Assembly (NCBI GenBank): GCA_026023565.1
Contig: JAPETS010000003.1
Coordinates: 1,178,001 to 1,242,000, forward strand
Direction of reading: 5' to 3'
DNA: 64,000 bases
Origin: Cirrosporium novae-zelandiae
Lineage: Eukaryota
Below the pieces are notes generated by a model, which saw nothing but the letters and a program-made list of their open reading frames with translations, had not been told where the DNA came from and made no database searches. A program made the position numbers and the translations under genes. Below are positions 34,584 to 47,858 of this stretch, piece by piece; the stretch's first letter is position 1, and every line of letters starts with the position of its first letter.

Positions 34584-37500
34584 ATGATTCTGCACACCGC
34601 TATTTTCTTTCCAGGGTTAGCATGGCCATCCATCTCTAGTGAGGCTGTATATCAAGGCCATTCAAGTTACTTGAATAGCACTTTAGCCTCCAATTCGAGA
34701 ATCTCACTATCTGTGACTGGGAGCCAGGAGACAGCTTTAGGAGTTAACCGATTAGTTAGTTTTATATGGGTCACTATAAGAACAACGATAGGCGTGGAGC
34801 ATAATTTTTGTTCAGTAACGGCTTCGTGGCCTTCAATCACAACAGCATCTTGCACAAGAGGCAGTATGACCACCAACACAACAACTCAAGCTTGCGTTCC
34901 AGTGAGTGACAATTTCCGGAATTTATCTCGACTAACAATGGCCTGCCTCTCCCTTATCCGATATGGCTATAGCACATATCGAATCAGCCGTGGAAGTCAA
35001 CTAACTTTTTTTCAAGTCCGAAATTGCGTCTGAACTCCCTAGGCAGCAGCAACAACTTCCAATCTGTGATATTGGGGTTTCTGGGTCGAATACAGCAAGC
35101 CATAATTATTCGACAACTACTTTGACGAGTCCTGTCGACTCTACCATCTTGAGTTGTCCTACAAGAATCGTAATAAAGCTGTATAATACCACGCAGATGA
35201 TTTATTTGTCGAGGACTCAGTCCGTGTCCAACGCCTCGGCAATGTGGCAAACCCCCCAGCCAGCAATAATAACAAAGTTAGTCAATACCACCAAAACCGA
35301 GACGAGGTTTTGGCCAACAACTATAACACGCTACAATATTTCCACTCATACAACCACTGTAACGAAGGTGTATAATATCACTGAAATCGATACATTTCCT
35401 CCCCATACCCTTACAGTCTTTAACGTATCAACGAAATGGCAGACACAAACATTAGCATCGCATAATATAACTAAATTTCAAACTGTCTATGCTCCAACAA
35501 CCTGGACGATTTTCAATACTTTAACAATCCAGAAAATTCAGTGGACGACATTAACACGGCTACAGAAAACCACAGAATTCCGAACGATTTATGACATTAA
35601 GATTAGGACTATATTCAATGATATAGCTAGATGGCGAACAGAAACCGATTTTATGATAATAACAACTACCATTATTAAGTCGAAGCCGCATTCTCAGACC
35701 TGCTAGCCTATTCTTAATACAAAAGCTGATACGTCAACATTCTTGAATCGCTCAACCCCTGATGTATACTATACTATTGCTATATCTATTGTGTAAGCCC
35801 CCATCCTATATATTTTGTTTTAATTAACATTTTCTTTTATCTCCATTACTTGGAAAAAACCTACTGCTAGTGCTTCATGTTATTCTTATTAATGGTTTAT
35901 TCCACTCTTTTAACTTGGGAGCTTTCTCTAAAGCTTTCTCTTTCACGTCTATAACCAAAAGCCCTTGTAGTTCAATAGTATAGTAACTTAGGTTTTGATA
36001 ATCTAGAAGCTAACAGGGCTTAATGTGCTCCAGTTCAATCGAGACAATTACAAGTACAAAGAGCGACATCTCATACATAACCTCATATATTAGTTCATCG
36101 TGCGGCATTCCTTTTGTCACGTTATCTACATTGTCAATCTCGCCACGTATTAGCCTTTCTTTATCAAAACTTCCTAATATGGCAATCTCTCCGAGCCAAA
36201 CAGTTTCTTCCATTGTGAGATCAACTACAGAGGGAGCATCTACCGTTTTAAGCTCTCCTCGTATCAGGACCCTCTATACAACTACAGTTACTTCTCTGAT
36301 GGTATCTACCCTTCCAATCATGACGACACAAAGCTTTACTGTCAGAGTTACAATCACTAGATTTTCCTCCGTCACCTCTGGCACTTTCATCTCATCGATA
36401 AACCCAGAGGAGCCAACTTCATCTCCAAGTAAACTAAGAACGACTACGCTATTCGTGATAAAATTGACCATAGCTACTTCAACGATAACAACCTCATTTA
36501 CAACCACATTAGTCTCGACTATCTTAACTATAAGCATATCAACAAGAACGCCGGTATCAAATAACTCCCTAAGTGTTATGCCAAACATTTTATCAGGGGT
36601 TTCAGGTTCTTCTGATCAATCTAGTTCTCAACCAACCTCCTCGGAGACGATTATTTCGGCTCCATTTCCGCCTCCGTTAATTACAACAACGGTATACATA
36701 ACGCAACCAGCGTCGACCGTGATTATTATATCCACTTTGTCAATTCCTACAACTACGATTACACCAGTAGAGCCAGCCTTGACCATCTTGACGACGGTTT
36801 CTATAGGAGCGCATGGCTCAATTACCACAATATTCGCCACCCTTCCACCATCTACTATCACCGCCACCAAGACTTTAATAATTACAGCCACATCACGCAT
36901 CACATTACAAAGTTCCCATCACAGTGAGCTAGGAATTCCTTCTGCTTTTACTCCTGCGAGCAACAAAGCTATAAATTCATTCCCCCTAACTTCACGGCCG
37001 ATATTGACCGAGATCCCAAGTGTAACAAGTAGTGTCTTCACAAGTGGTTTAATAAATGCTGCCTCGTCTAAGAGTATTTCCGTTTCCAATACAGCTTCTA
37101 TATCGGCCAGTTCTTCTTTGCCCATTGTCCGAACAATGAGTACAATTAGTACGACCAATAAGGCTTCAGCTTCCTCTACACTCCTATCAGCAAGTGTCAT
37201 ATTTCATTCCGCTCTCACGACATCATTTATTCCTATTTCAGAACCAGGAGGTAAATCCTAACCATCAGTCTCAACAGGTGCTACTACCAAAATTTCATCC
37301 ACGTTTACTACTCAATCAACGACCATAGTGCCAATAAGTGAAACCTCTAGCTCAGTTAAAATCACGACTTCGGAAGGAAATAATTCAGCGTTACCTCCTA
37401 CAAGCCAAATCTTATTTCATGATCCCTCTATTTATAGTCTCGCATCTCCTTCCTCGGAATATTTAACTGCCTTTCCTAATCAGCCAACCAACAAATATGG

Positions 37501-38665
37501 TAAGACACATTTCCTAGATTTTGATATCATATAATTCAAATTTACTTAAAGGACTTCATATTACACTTCACTAAAGAACTATGCTGAAGGAAAACATCGA
37601 AATTAAGACGCTAACTTCAAATCTAGCCCAAGGGACTCCTAAGAGCTTAGGTTCGTCTTTTGTATCAGATTCGACCACAGGCTCCGTAAGGCCTATATCT
37701 TCGTTCACAACAGCAACACCTTTGCTCCTAGTAACGACAACATCCGTGCTTACTATATGCTCAAGTCGTATCACCAACCCAACGTACACTACCTCAACTC
37801 CCTTTCCAACCGATTACACGTGGGGCTGTCATCCCGGTTACCTCTGCTCGCCCCAAAACAGTCCCTCAGACACTCCCTGCAACTTCGAAGCCGGCCCTCC
37901 AGCAGATACATACTACTGCAATCCCTTGGAATGCATTTCAACTCCTCCCCTCTTACCCGACCAGTCGTGGGGCACTGACCCTATCACCTCCAACGCCACC
38001 GGCACCTTCCTTATCCCACCCTACTACTTCAACCTCAACCCCACGGACTTCAACCTTGACTACGCCATCTTCGTCCCGCCCTCTGTGCCGCTAACTCGGC
38101 TTTCAAAACTACGCTCTCTTTCTGTGAGGCCTGCATCAGCTATCATTCACCCAAGGGAGGCAATGACTTCGCGCAGACGGTGCAGCCGCAGTTCCAGCAG
38201 TTTTTAGATTATTGTCAAGATATAGAACTTGCGCTTGAGATAAGTTCGTCAACGATGGCTGGTAGTAGTAGTGCGATTGGAGGAAGTAAATCGACTATTG
38301 TAGCTGCTGCTAGTAGCAAGGGCTCAATTGGGTCGCAGGCGGCTACAGCGGTAGTGGAGAGCAAGACAAGTGAGGCAGTTCCTGCAACGGCAACACCATT
38401 TTCCAACCCAGCTACAGGTTCTAAGAGCTCGAAAACGACCCCAGGAAATAGCAAGGGGTCTAGGTTCTCATCATCGAAGACTAGTGTAGTAACAGCAACA
38501 ACAACTAAGCAGACTAGGGTTAAGACTAGTATGATGACAAACACAAGAGCCACAACCGCAACCTCGTCATTCTCTAATGCCACTGCCGCCAATAAAGGAA
38601 ATATAGCATCCCTTACTTTGGCAATTACGACGTTGAGTTCAATAATCCTATTGTGCGTTCTATGA
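34584..38665 (+). pseudogene. Fragmented Ser/Thr-rich, probably GPI-anchored cell-surface glycoprotein gene
   Basis: Signal-like start at 34584, T-rich fragments, and an in-frame TAA at 37259-37261 with the frame continuing. Cys domain PTDYTWGCHPGYLCSP..CNFEAGPPADTYYC; frame break near 38072-38075 into ALCAANSAF..CEAC..PQFQQFLDYC; hydrophobic GPI-like tail. Confidence 0.65.
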
Positions 38666-39136
38666 TTTAGGGTTTCTGAGCGTTATGATGATGAATATTC
38701 CTTTACGAGTTACTTGCTTTAATGAGAGATATTAGAACTATATTAATGAATAACGAGCACGTGAAACTAGATGATAGCCTACTGTGTGTTGCGCACAATC
38801 TTAACATGAACAAGTCCCAGCTTTTTTAAGAAAAAACTTCTATATTTTAATTGCCTATCTAAGGTATTGTCTTGGTAAGGACCAGCTGCCGTAAGACCCA
38901 GAACAGGAATAGGGGAAATAATAAAAGGAGCAAGCACATCCAAGGATAGATGTCTGCAAAGTACACAGCATGCAAAGTCAAAGAGAACCATTCCCACATA
39001 AGATTTGTCAAATACCATTTTGGGGTATCATCCGTGCGCAACGCTAATCATGCCTCATAAATCATTAGAGATATCAAGAAGCAGAAGCGTTTCGTCTCTT
39101 CTTAGTTGGCCTACATTGAACAGGACTCTTTTTGAG

Positions 39137-40724
39137 TTAAAACTCAATAAAGTCTTGCTGTTGGGAGAATTCGCGTGTCTCTGGTTCGTCAACTTCCATC
39201 ACATTTTCCATGTCATCAGAGTCGATATCGTCACTATCGATCTCATCATATTCATCATCACTTGATATATCCTCCTCATTATCTCCTTTGGGGCTTCCTG
39301 GGCTGTTAGTTGCATTTTTGCGCATCATACCAGCTCTGTCGACATGGGGTAGACGGCATTTCTGCTTAGGGCAGCTACCTTTATTGGCGTAATCGGGGCA
39401 TTCGAATATATGTCGTTCGTCACAGGCAGACCCTTTGTCACAATAGCCAAGAATGGCGAATGAGCGACAAACAGGAGCTCCGGGATTCACACGTACATGA
39501 GCATACCTGCATTCTTGGTTCGAGCATCTCCCACGAAGAAAATGCAGACAGGCCGGCGTACGCTCAGGGGTTGGATCATGTGATAAATCACAGGCCTCAC
39601 CTACTGGACAAGAACCAGTCTTCAGGAATGTTTTGCAGATTGCCACCTTGGAAGAATCGTGGACGTATTTACAGGCAGGGCCTTGATAGCAGGAACCTAA
39701 GTCACATAAAAATTGTGGTCAGTCTCTCTCTTGGAAATCCCTCTGAACGAACAGAAACCCTCGCGGAGCTAAGTTAAAGTGTTGAGGTATGCGGAAAGAA
39801 GTTGGATACCGGTATTCGTAAATCGGGCGCAAGGCGCAGACCTTTTCCGAGGGGTGGCACGGTTCCTATTTTGTTCATAACGGTTTCTTCGTCAGTTCAG
39901 TCCAAGTACAAATGTTCACTATCACTACATCTCCCTAAAACCCACCTCTTTTGATCGACCACTTGTGCTCGGTATAAGTTACCGTTCTTGCTTCTAACAA
40001 ATCGTACCCCACCAACAACTGCGCTCTTGGGAGTACGCTTTGCTGAAGCTTCGTCTTCTGTTGAGGGTGAGCTTTTCAAAAAACTACGCAAAACATATTG
40101 TCTAGACGCACTCGATACTCTGACTATCTTTCTTCCCCCCTTTGTCACTCGGAATGGTATGTCTTCAATGTAGAACTGGTTGGGGGGCGTCGTGGTTTGG
40201 GGACTATTGCTATTCTCAATAGAATGGTTCCGAATGTAAGTATTGAGTTTGAGTTTTTCCCTCTCTTCGCGATATAGAGCTTTTGCTTTCCTAGTCTCCT
40301 CCATCGCTTTAGCTCTAGCTTGTGTCTCTTGGTCGTATATAGCTGGGTTGATGAGTTGCACGGCAGTGTTACGCTTTGTCGCAATCCAATTTCCAGATTT
40401 AGGAGTGTGTGACCCACTCTGACCGTTTTGGTCGGCATTGACCTCAGAGTCATTTTCGGGTGAGTTATTGGTGGCGATAGTGTTGTCGATAACAAGGGTG
40501 TGGTTTCGATGGCTTGGATAATATTGTCTACCTCCACGACCTCTTATTCTTGAACTCCCTCGCCTATAACCTGTATTGACGGAGGATTGAGATGGCGGAG
40601 GATAGGGTGAGTATTTACGCTGGTTAATTTGGCCTACAAATGTTAGTCGAAATACACAAGAGCTGAGGAAAGCCTGACCTGCAAGTTGACCGATTCTAGC
40701 AAGAAGATCTTGATCTTCTGACAT
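39137..40724 (-). CDS. Multi-CCCH zinc-finger protein (ZC3H3/Red5-like)
   Basis: MSEDQDLLARIGQLAG, FVRSKNGNLYR, tandem C-x7/8-C-x4/5-C-x3-H fingers (CKTFLKTGSCPVGEACDLSH, CLHFLRGRCSNQECRYAH, ...) and an acidic tail; several introns. Confidence 0.85.
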
Positions 40725-41058
40725 GGCGAAAGTCGATCTTACCTATATCTAAGAGGGGGATTGAGAATATTAGTATTCAATACTGGGTATCTGGAAATTT
40801 AAAGAAAATCAATGTCGAATTGGGAGATAAAGAACAGTTGCGAAGTTGATTTCAAACGAAGTTGCATGTTTAGAAGATGCGACACGATCATGGCCGAAAA
40901 TGGCTAATAACATCTAAGCTAGACCGGAAGAGGTTAGACACTTACATAATAAATATTTCTCGTCTTATTAATCCAGCCAGAGATAGACTATGGTGACACG
41001 GGAGAGTTTACATAGATACAACTCTTACCATTTATTATTACCTAAGACTTTGAATTAT

Positions 41059-43161
41059 CTAACTTCTTTTCACATCCTTCTTTTCTAGAAGTTGGTCCTT
41101 TGGCTTTCCCGGTCCTCTTCCAAGCAGGCTCCTAACGCTGAAGCTTGGAAGCCAAATTTCTTGTCCATGATAATTTGTCTGATCAGCATATTGTGACGAA
41201 CCCGCAACAGACTGGTGGTCTTCTACTACACTTGCATTAACGGCGAGAACATGGCGATGGTAAAGCTCTATCTCTGTCTCAGGAGAATCCATATATGCGC
41301 CCTTAAATGTGAAATCCTGCTCTGTGGTACCGGAGCTGGTAGAACCATTTGCAGTTGCTTGGTATGTCCCAGTTCCGTTCTGAGTGGTACTCAGTAGAGC
41401 GCCACCGAAATAAGGAAGGTCCGCCGGAACTTTGACTTGAAGGAATTTAGAACCGAGCGAGACGTTGACAGGGCTTGTCATATTGAAAGTTTGTATACCA
41501 GAGGGAAAGACCGATGGTCCATATATATCAAGGTCTAAACTGCGATTAACGTTGGCCCACAGATGAAGATGGTCATCTGTGTCATAAGAATAGGTGCTGT
41601 TGATAAACTGTGGGTAAGCATAAACCCTTGAATAGCCGCTTGCGGAAGCATCGGTGCCGTTAGTACTCTGAGTATTCCATTGAACCTCCCCCTCATCAAC
41701 TAATACCCCAGAATTCAAAAAGGAAAGCTTCTGCGTCCAATATACCGTTTCATTGCCTGCAGATGTTTTGATGGTCGATGAGATGGAGATTTCTCTGGTG
41801 ACCTCAACGTCATATGTGATGGACGTATTCGTCCCATTTGAAGTCTGTGTAAGGGTCGATGAAACACTAATTTCTAGGGCTGGCAAGCTTAAAGTCGGTT
41901 GCGTTCCAGCAGTTATTGAACTGTTTGAGTCGCTGAATAAGAATATTGTCCCTGTGACGAGCCAATACGACCCAACCGTATCCGTCACCCAGGCATTTCC
42001 ACTCCCATCATCGTTCAACCCAGCAACTCGAATTTCAAACGTATGATTAGTTCCATCACTCAAAAGGCCTAGCCAAGGGGTGATGTCGATTTCATGTTGT
42101 CTAAGATCATAGGCATCAATACCAGCAATTGGTCTCCAAAGACCTGGTACAACGCCTCCAGTGAATATTATTGGAAAGGGCCAGCATACACCTGCCAGCA
42201 TACCATCAATGAGAAGTTGCACTTCTCGAAATGGTGAGTACCCGTATAATGTACCAGTTGTATCAGAAAATGTGTCTACTTGCGAGGAAAGCACATTTCC
42301 AGACCAAAATTCCTCGGCAGACTGACCACAAGCTGAAAGAGATACAACAGCGCGCTTTAGATTTCTCGGAAATATGTAAGTGACGGAAGCATTGTCACTA
42401 GGCACCGTGAATACACTTGCTGAATCCGAAGAAGATGAACGAGATGAAATTGGTAGAATTTTGTCAGCACGTGATCTGGAGTCTGGAATGGTAAAGAAAG
42501 TTGCTGTTAATGTTGTATTCCATTTTCCAGTGTATACGCTATTCACAATGTTGCCAAGATCAAATATCAACTTCTGGGGTTCATTCCATAAAGCATTATA
42601 TTGATCCATCTCCTTGATATAGGTCCAGATTATGCCATTTGTTGTAGGCTCGCTTGTAGAGGTTCGAAAAACTTCAATATCGCCAAGATACATGATTCCA
42701 AGGCGATCATATTGTCTACCGCTAGAGGTCACTGTAAGATTAATCGTGACTCTATGGAAGTCACAGGTCGGGGGGGTATAATTTCCTACAGCACAGGATT
42801 AACATTGTCACAAAATATAGAGCTGGGATGAAGGTAGTCCAAACTTACCAACGTATGGATTTCCATAACTATAAGCAAAGGTATGTTCCATTAGTGTTTT
42901 TGTTTCAACACAGCCATATGAATTGCTGGTGCCTTGTGGAGTAAACACCGGTTCTGACACCTGGAAATCCACGAGACGAGGAGAGCTAGTTGTGCGCTTT
43001 ATTTGAGGTTGCATGGAATATTGAGACCAACGATGATGAGAAGCCTCAGAGACAGAGCACATGAAAGCAAGGATTAACGGTAGCATAATAGACCAAGAGA
43101 GTGTGCTAATGGGAGAGTTTTCAAACCTCGTATATAAGGCATATGGTTTTAATAGCCGCAT
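41059..43161 (-). CDS. Peptide-N4-(N-acetyl-beta-glucosaminyl)asparagine amidase A (acidic PNGase A family), secreted
   Basis: LMEHTFAYSYGNPYVG, intron ~42848-42789, GRQYDRL, FRTSTSEP, AEEFW, PFREVQLLIDG and WPFPIIFTGGVVPGLWRPIAGIDAYDL. Start is 43161 or 43086. Confidence 0.92.
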
Positions 43162-44176
43162 CTTGAATGTTTTGCGACAAAACAGACCAATGAAGAATGC
43201 ATGCAATAAAATGAATGTAGAGGAAATCAATGAATGCAATGAGTGATTGCACAAATTAAATATCCAAAAAACACGTTGGCAATGCAAACTCTTGCCTATA
43301 TATATATCTCTCTCATTGACATAAAGGGTTCCTCCCCGATAAGAACGAGAGCCTGTGTGTACTTTCTATGCGACTTTCTTTCCCCAGCCAGCAGGTGTCA
43401 TGGGAAGATGATCATTGATGGCAAAAGAGGATAACTGTGGGGATGGGATAAATTAATTGATAACTAGGATTATGATAAGGGAAAAAACCTGGTGATCAAA
43501 TGAATCAATGAATCAATCATCATTTGATCGGCTCCAGCAGATCTGGAAGTTCGCAAGGTTCTCTAAAGCCAAGAAAATTGTGTTAAGCTACCCGTTCAGG
43601 GGCACATTGGCCGCTTGGTGATCCGACCCATACATTCAAAAGAAAGAAAGAAAAAAACAATGCCATTCAAAGATACTTGATTAAGTACCTAGGTAAGTCA
43701 TCATAATTTTCTCGGTAGCCGTGTCCATAGTAAATACTGGGGAACTTGGGGTTTGTTCCTGCCAAGTAAAGCCACTGCAAGCCAAGACCGGTAAGATTAA
43801 GTTCGGCTGTGTAAGAGATGACCACCAGATCCACTAGAACCACGCCAGAGCCGTTTCTCAACAACTTTCCTCAAGTCTTAAGTGAATTCTGTACCATATA
43901 TCATTGTCAGTCCTTATAGAATCTCGGTTTCTTCTTGCTATGAGCAGTACTCTATTCCTTTGGATATGCTCGTATAATCCAAATGCCTAAACTTCTTGTT
44001 TCTCTTGTCGACTCTCGCTTACATCTGTAAGTAATTAGGTCCGATAAGCTACTTAGCTGTTCTTTTAGGTTGGATTCCCAAATTTCTTCATAAATATATC
44101 ATGTTCCACCAATTGAAATTGACACATTTGCCTTCCACTAGATACTGGTAGATACTGCCAGAGATCGCCATTTGTC

Positions 44177-45561
44177 ATGTCAAATCAACCTGCTGAACCC
44201 CTACCATTGGCTGAAATGAACGGAAAGATCGTTGAAAACAATACCCAGGAACACAAGGGCATAGCTTTTAAGACCGATGGCTCTATATCACAGAATGAAC
44301 CTTCATTTGCAAGCGCTGCCTCCCAGGTTACCCTGCCAGCATGGCTTAATATTGGAATAATGATATCATTGATCTTTGGAGGATGTTGTTCGAATGTCAG
44401 TCAACTCCGTGCTGGGCTCCCAACATGAAATCTGATATGCCGTGGGTCTACAGGTGTTTGCTTTGGAAGCTATTGTAAAGTATGTCTATCTAAGAAATTT
44501 TAGATTTACATTGTTCACTAATCATCCTACATTAGAGACGAACCTGAAAGTGGCATCTTGATAACATTCGTCCAATTCTTCCTCACGACCGCGCTCACTT
44601 ACCCAGACTTCATTTCCCTCCGCAACCCACCCTTCTTCATCAAACCTAGTGCTATACCCATGGGACGCATGCTCAAATATATAGTCCTATTTTTCTCTGT
44701 CAATGCCCTCAATAATTTTGCATTCGGTTGCAAGATCTCCGTCCCCGTGCATATTATACTGAGAAGTGGGGGCAGTATCACGACTGTAGTCGTAGGATGG
44801 ATTTCGGGGAAAAGGTATTCGCCGAGGCAGATACTGGGAGTTGGCATTCTGACATTTGGGGTCATATTGGCGGCATTGAGCGATGTGCAAGCAAAGGTGC
44901 GCCTCACCTCCACTTTATCAAGTACATCCTAACACCCACTTAGGGCAAAATGGACTCCCCAACCCCCATCCCTGAAACTACCTCATCATCAGCCACCAAC
45001 TCCTTTGGCCTCGGTCTCTTCATCCTCCTCTTCGCCCAGACCCTCTCAGCAGTAATGGGGGTCTATACTGAAAACACCTACGCAAAGCACGGGAAACATT
45101 GGCGAGACACAATGTTCTTCTCGCATCTTCTCTCGCTCCCTTTGTTCCTCCCCTTCATCCCCTCTCTGATCTCACAATACCAAATTCTTACAACTTCTCC
45201 ACCTCTCACCTCTTATATAACAGCCTATTCCCCAACAACGTTTGTCAAGTTCTTGCCTCTCAGTGCAGCTTCAATACCCATCAAAGTGTTCATGCTCCTT
45301 CTCAACGCATCCACACAATACGCCTGTATCCGCGGCGTAAACATGCTTGCAGCAAATACTACTAGCCTTGGTGTGACCATCGTGCTAAACATCCGAAAGC
45401 TCGTCAGCCTACTACTAAGTATATGGCTCTTCGATAATAAGCTGGCGCCAGGGGTACTGGTTGGTGCAGCATTTGTTTTCGCAGGTGGAAGTGTGTACAC
45501 TTCAGACAACCACAGATCTAGAGAAAAGTCGAAAAAGCAGGAGGGCAAGAGATTACAGTAA
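44177..45561 (+). CDS. YEA4: UDP-N-acetylglucosamine transporter (UAA / SLC35B4 family), 4 exons
   Basis: LIFGGCCSN|VFALEAI, LITFVQF, ISVPVHIILRSGGS, TQYACIRGVN and VLNIRKLVSLLLSI. Confidence 0.92.
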
Positions 45562-47858
45562 AGAAATGGGAATCAGAAGCACAAGCACATCTGCATATGC
45601 ATTTAGACCGTTGGATAGATCATTTCTTGCATTTACCTCGCCTCCATTGGATAGAAAATATGAGTTTAGAAGGTAAAGAAATAACTTTCAGTTATTTCAC
45701 TAGGTTACCCTTTCTACTAACTCCCCGTTCCTCGCCCTGTTGTAGAATTCCCATTCATCTTCTTCTGGGGCTATTTTCGAACTTATGTAGCCAACTACCC
45801 CAAATCCAAAAAATGTAAAACAGTAAACCCGGACTAAAAGCACATCCAAATTGTTTTTCCACCTGTAATTTCCCAGCTAACTTACCGCTTCCGATCCTCC
45901 TGGTCCATTGGTCTCTAAACACCCATTTATCTCAGTATCTAACATCGGAGCAACAACATTTTGTCAACATCAGTATCAGCACCATCATTTCAAACATCCA
46001 TCACTCATACTCACTGACTACTATAACACCTACCTACATCTTAACGTGACATTTCGCTGTCCCCTGAATAAATCGGAATTAAACGGACAACTACCCTCCT
46101 CCTCCTCCTCCTCATCACACCATACATGTATGACGTGGCAAAAATAATTAAAAAAAGTAGTAGAAGAAAAAAAAAATTCGAAACACGAACAACGAAAAAC
46201 ACCAACAAATAATAACAAACGAACGAACAAAACACATCACTCACTCACCTCTACTCCTCCCTGCCCAATGGACTCCGCGGACTTCCAGACCAATGATTAG
46301 TACATTCGATTCTCCATAGCTATGATTTATAATACAAAAGAGGGAAAACAACAACAAAGCCCATTCTGGAGTTCTGGACATGTGTTTTATGTATGTGTTG
46401 TGTTGTGTTGAAATAGCCCAACCAACCTCTGACGTTTTGAAACATGCTTGTTGGCTTTTTTTTTCCTTGCTACTTCTGGTCTGATGATGACGATGAAGGA
46501 ATCGAGACCCGTTAGTTATTGATATCGGCATCGGGTATTCCAACATTTTATCCTCTACTGAGCTTGGCTCGGGCTTTGGGAGGGCTCGGGATTATATACA
46601 GTATTTATTATCTCTCTCTCTCGGAGTCAGTGGGTGAGTTGAGTCTTGACTCCTACCTACCGTATCCATCTTATATTTATTGATCGGTTACTCATTCTAC
46701 TATGTACTACATTTAATTGAAAAAGGGAAAAAAATAATTTACTCTGTATTCACTGTAACTGTAACATATAGTTATAATCAAAATTCATCTATTCATTTAT
46801 CTATTTAATTCGTCCCTTACTATACCCATGTCTGAATACCAAAAACCAAAAACCAAAAAAAAACCCTTCACAACCAACTAGCTAGCTCATTGCAACAGAG
46901 AAAGAGAAAACGTCACTCGATCGAGCCCCTATTTACCAAAACTTCTTCAAGCTATCTAGTATTTAATAGTTAATTTTGATAGAACTTTAGATGCCCGCCC
47001 CTTTGTACCATCTCATCTCATCTCATCTCTCCTATTTGTGTTCTAGGAGGATTTGAGATCAGACAACTAGATAGCTAGCTCCATATCATGCTATACAATA
47101 GATAGAAATAGAACCAACATAAGGGAGGGAGGGGATAGATATGGGGCAGGCAGTCAAGATAAAAAAATTCTATACCTATGCATACATACATCAATCACAT
47201 CTGGGGCGCTAGCTAGCTACAAGCAACCACACACACAGCCACCGCATAATAACCATAAATAACATAAGTAGTAACATAAGTGACGTAAAATAGCATGAAT
47301 ATAGCCGCCGTGTAGGGAACGTTATCATTCATATCCGTAGATTGTTGGGATTCTGGGAGAGTAGTGCAAGGTAACCAACTTTAAAGAGTTTGAAACAAAA
47401 AAGGGCGAATAATATCATATCTTTGATGCCAGATAACCGAAGGTGGCCCTAACTCCCCGTCTCCTATGTGCGTCTTGTGTGTGCATTTTCATCTTTTATT
47501 TTAAATAATTGGTTAGAAGCCTTCCCCCCTTCTTCTTCTTTTCACACCCAGGGTCTTTTCAAGGGGGGGTCGGGCACGATGCTGGGGCTCCTTGAGGATA
47601 CACCAACAGATCTTTCAAAAGATTTTGTTATTTCGAAGAAAGAACGAGTATAAATGTGCCCAAGGGTCGGTGTTTGTCCAATCCAGAATCCCTGTACCCG
47701 ACTCCTCCTTCCTTCAAGTGTACCGTAGTAGTCTCCATCAACCCATAAACACAGAAGCAATGCCGATAGCGTACAGCGGCAATCTATACCCCTATCCCCC
47801 AAAAAGGAAGCCATCCTCACCTAGTCTCTTATATATAAACCATCTATCCAGCCAAAAC

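Noticed and set aside
45900..47500. Long AT-rich stretch with simple repeats
   Set aside because: Ordinary convergent 3'-UTR/terminator region between YEA4 and DNM1; no TIRs or RNA motifs found.
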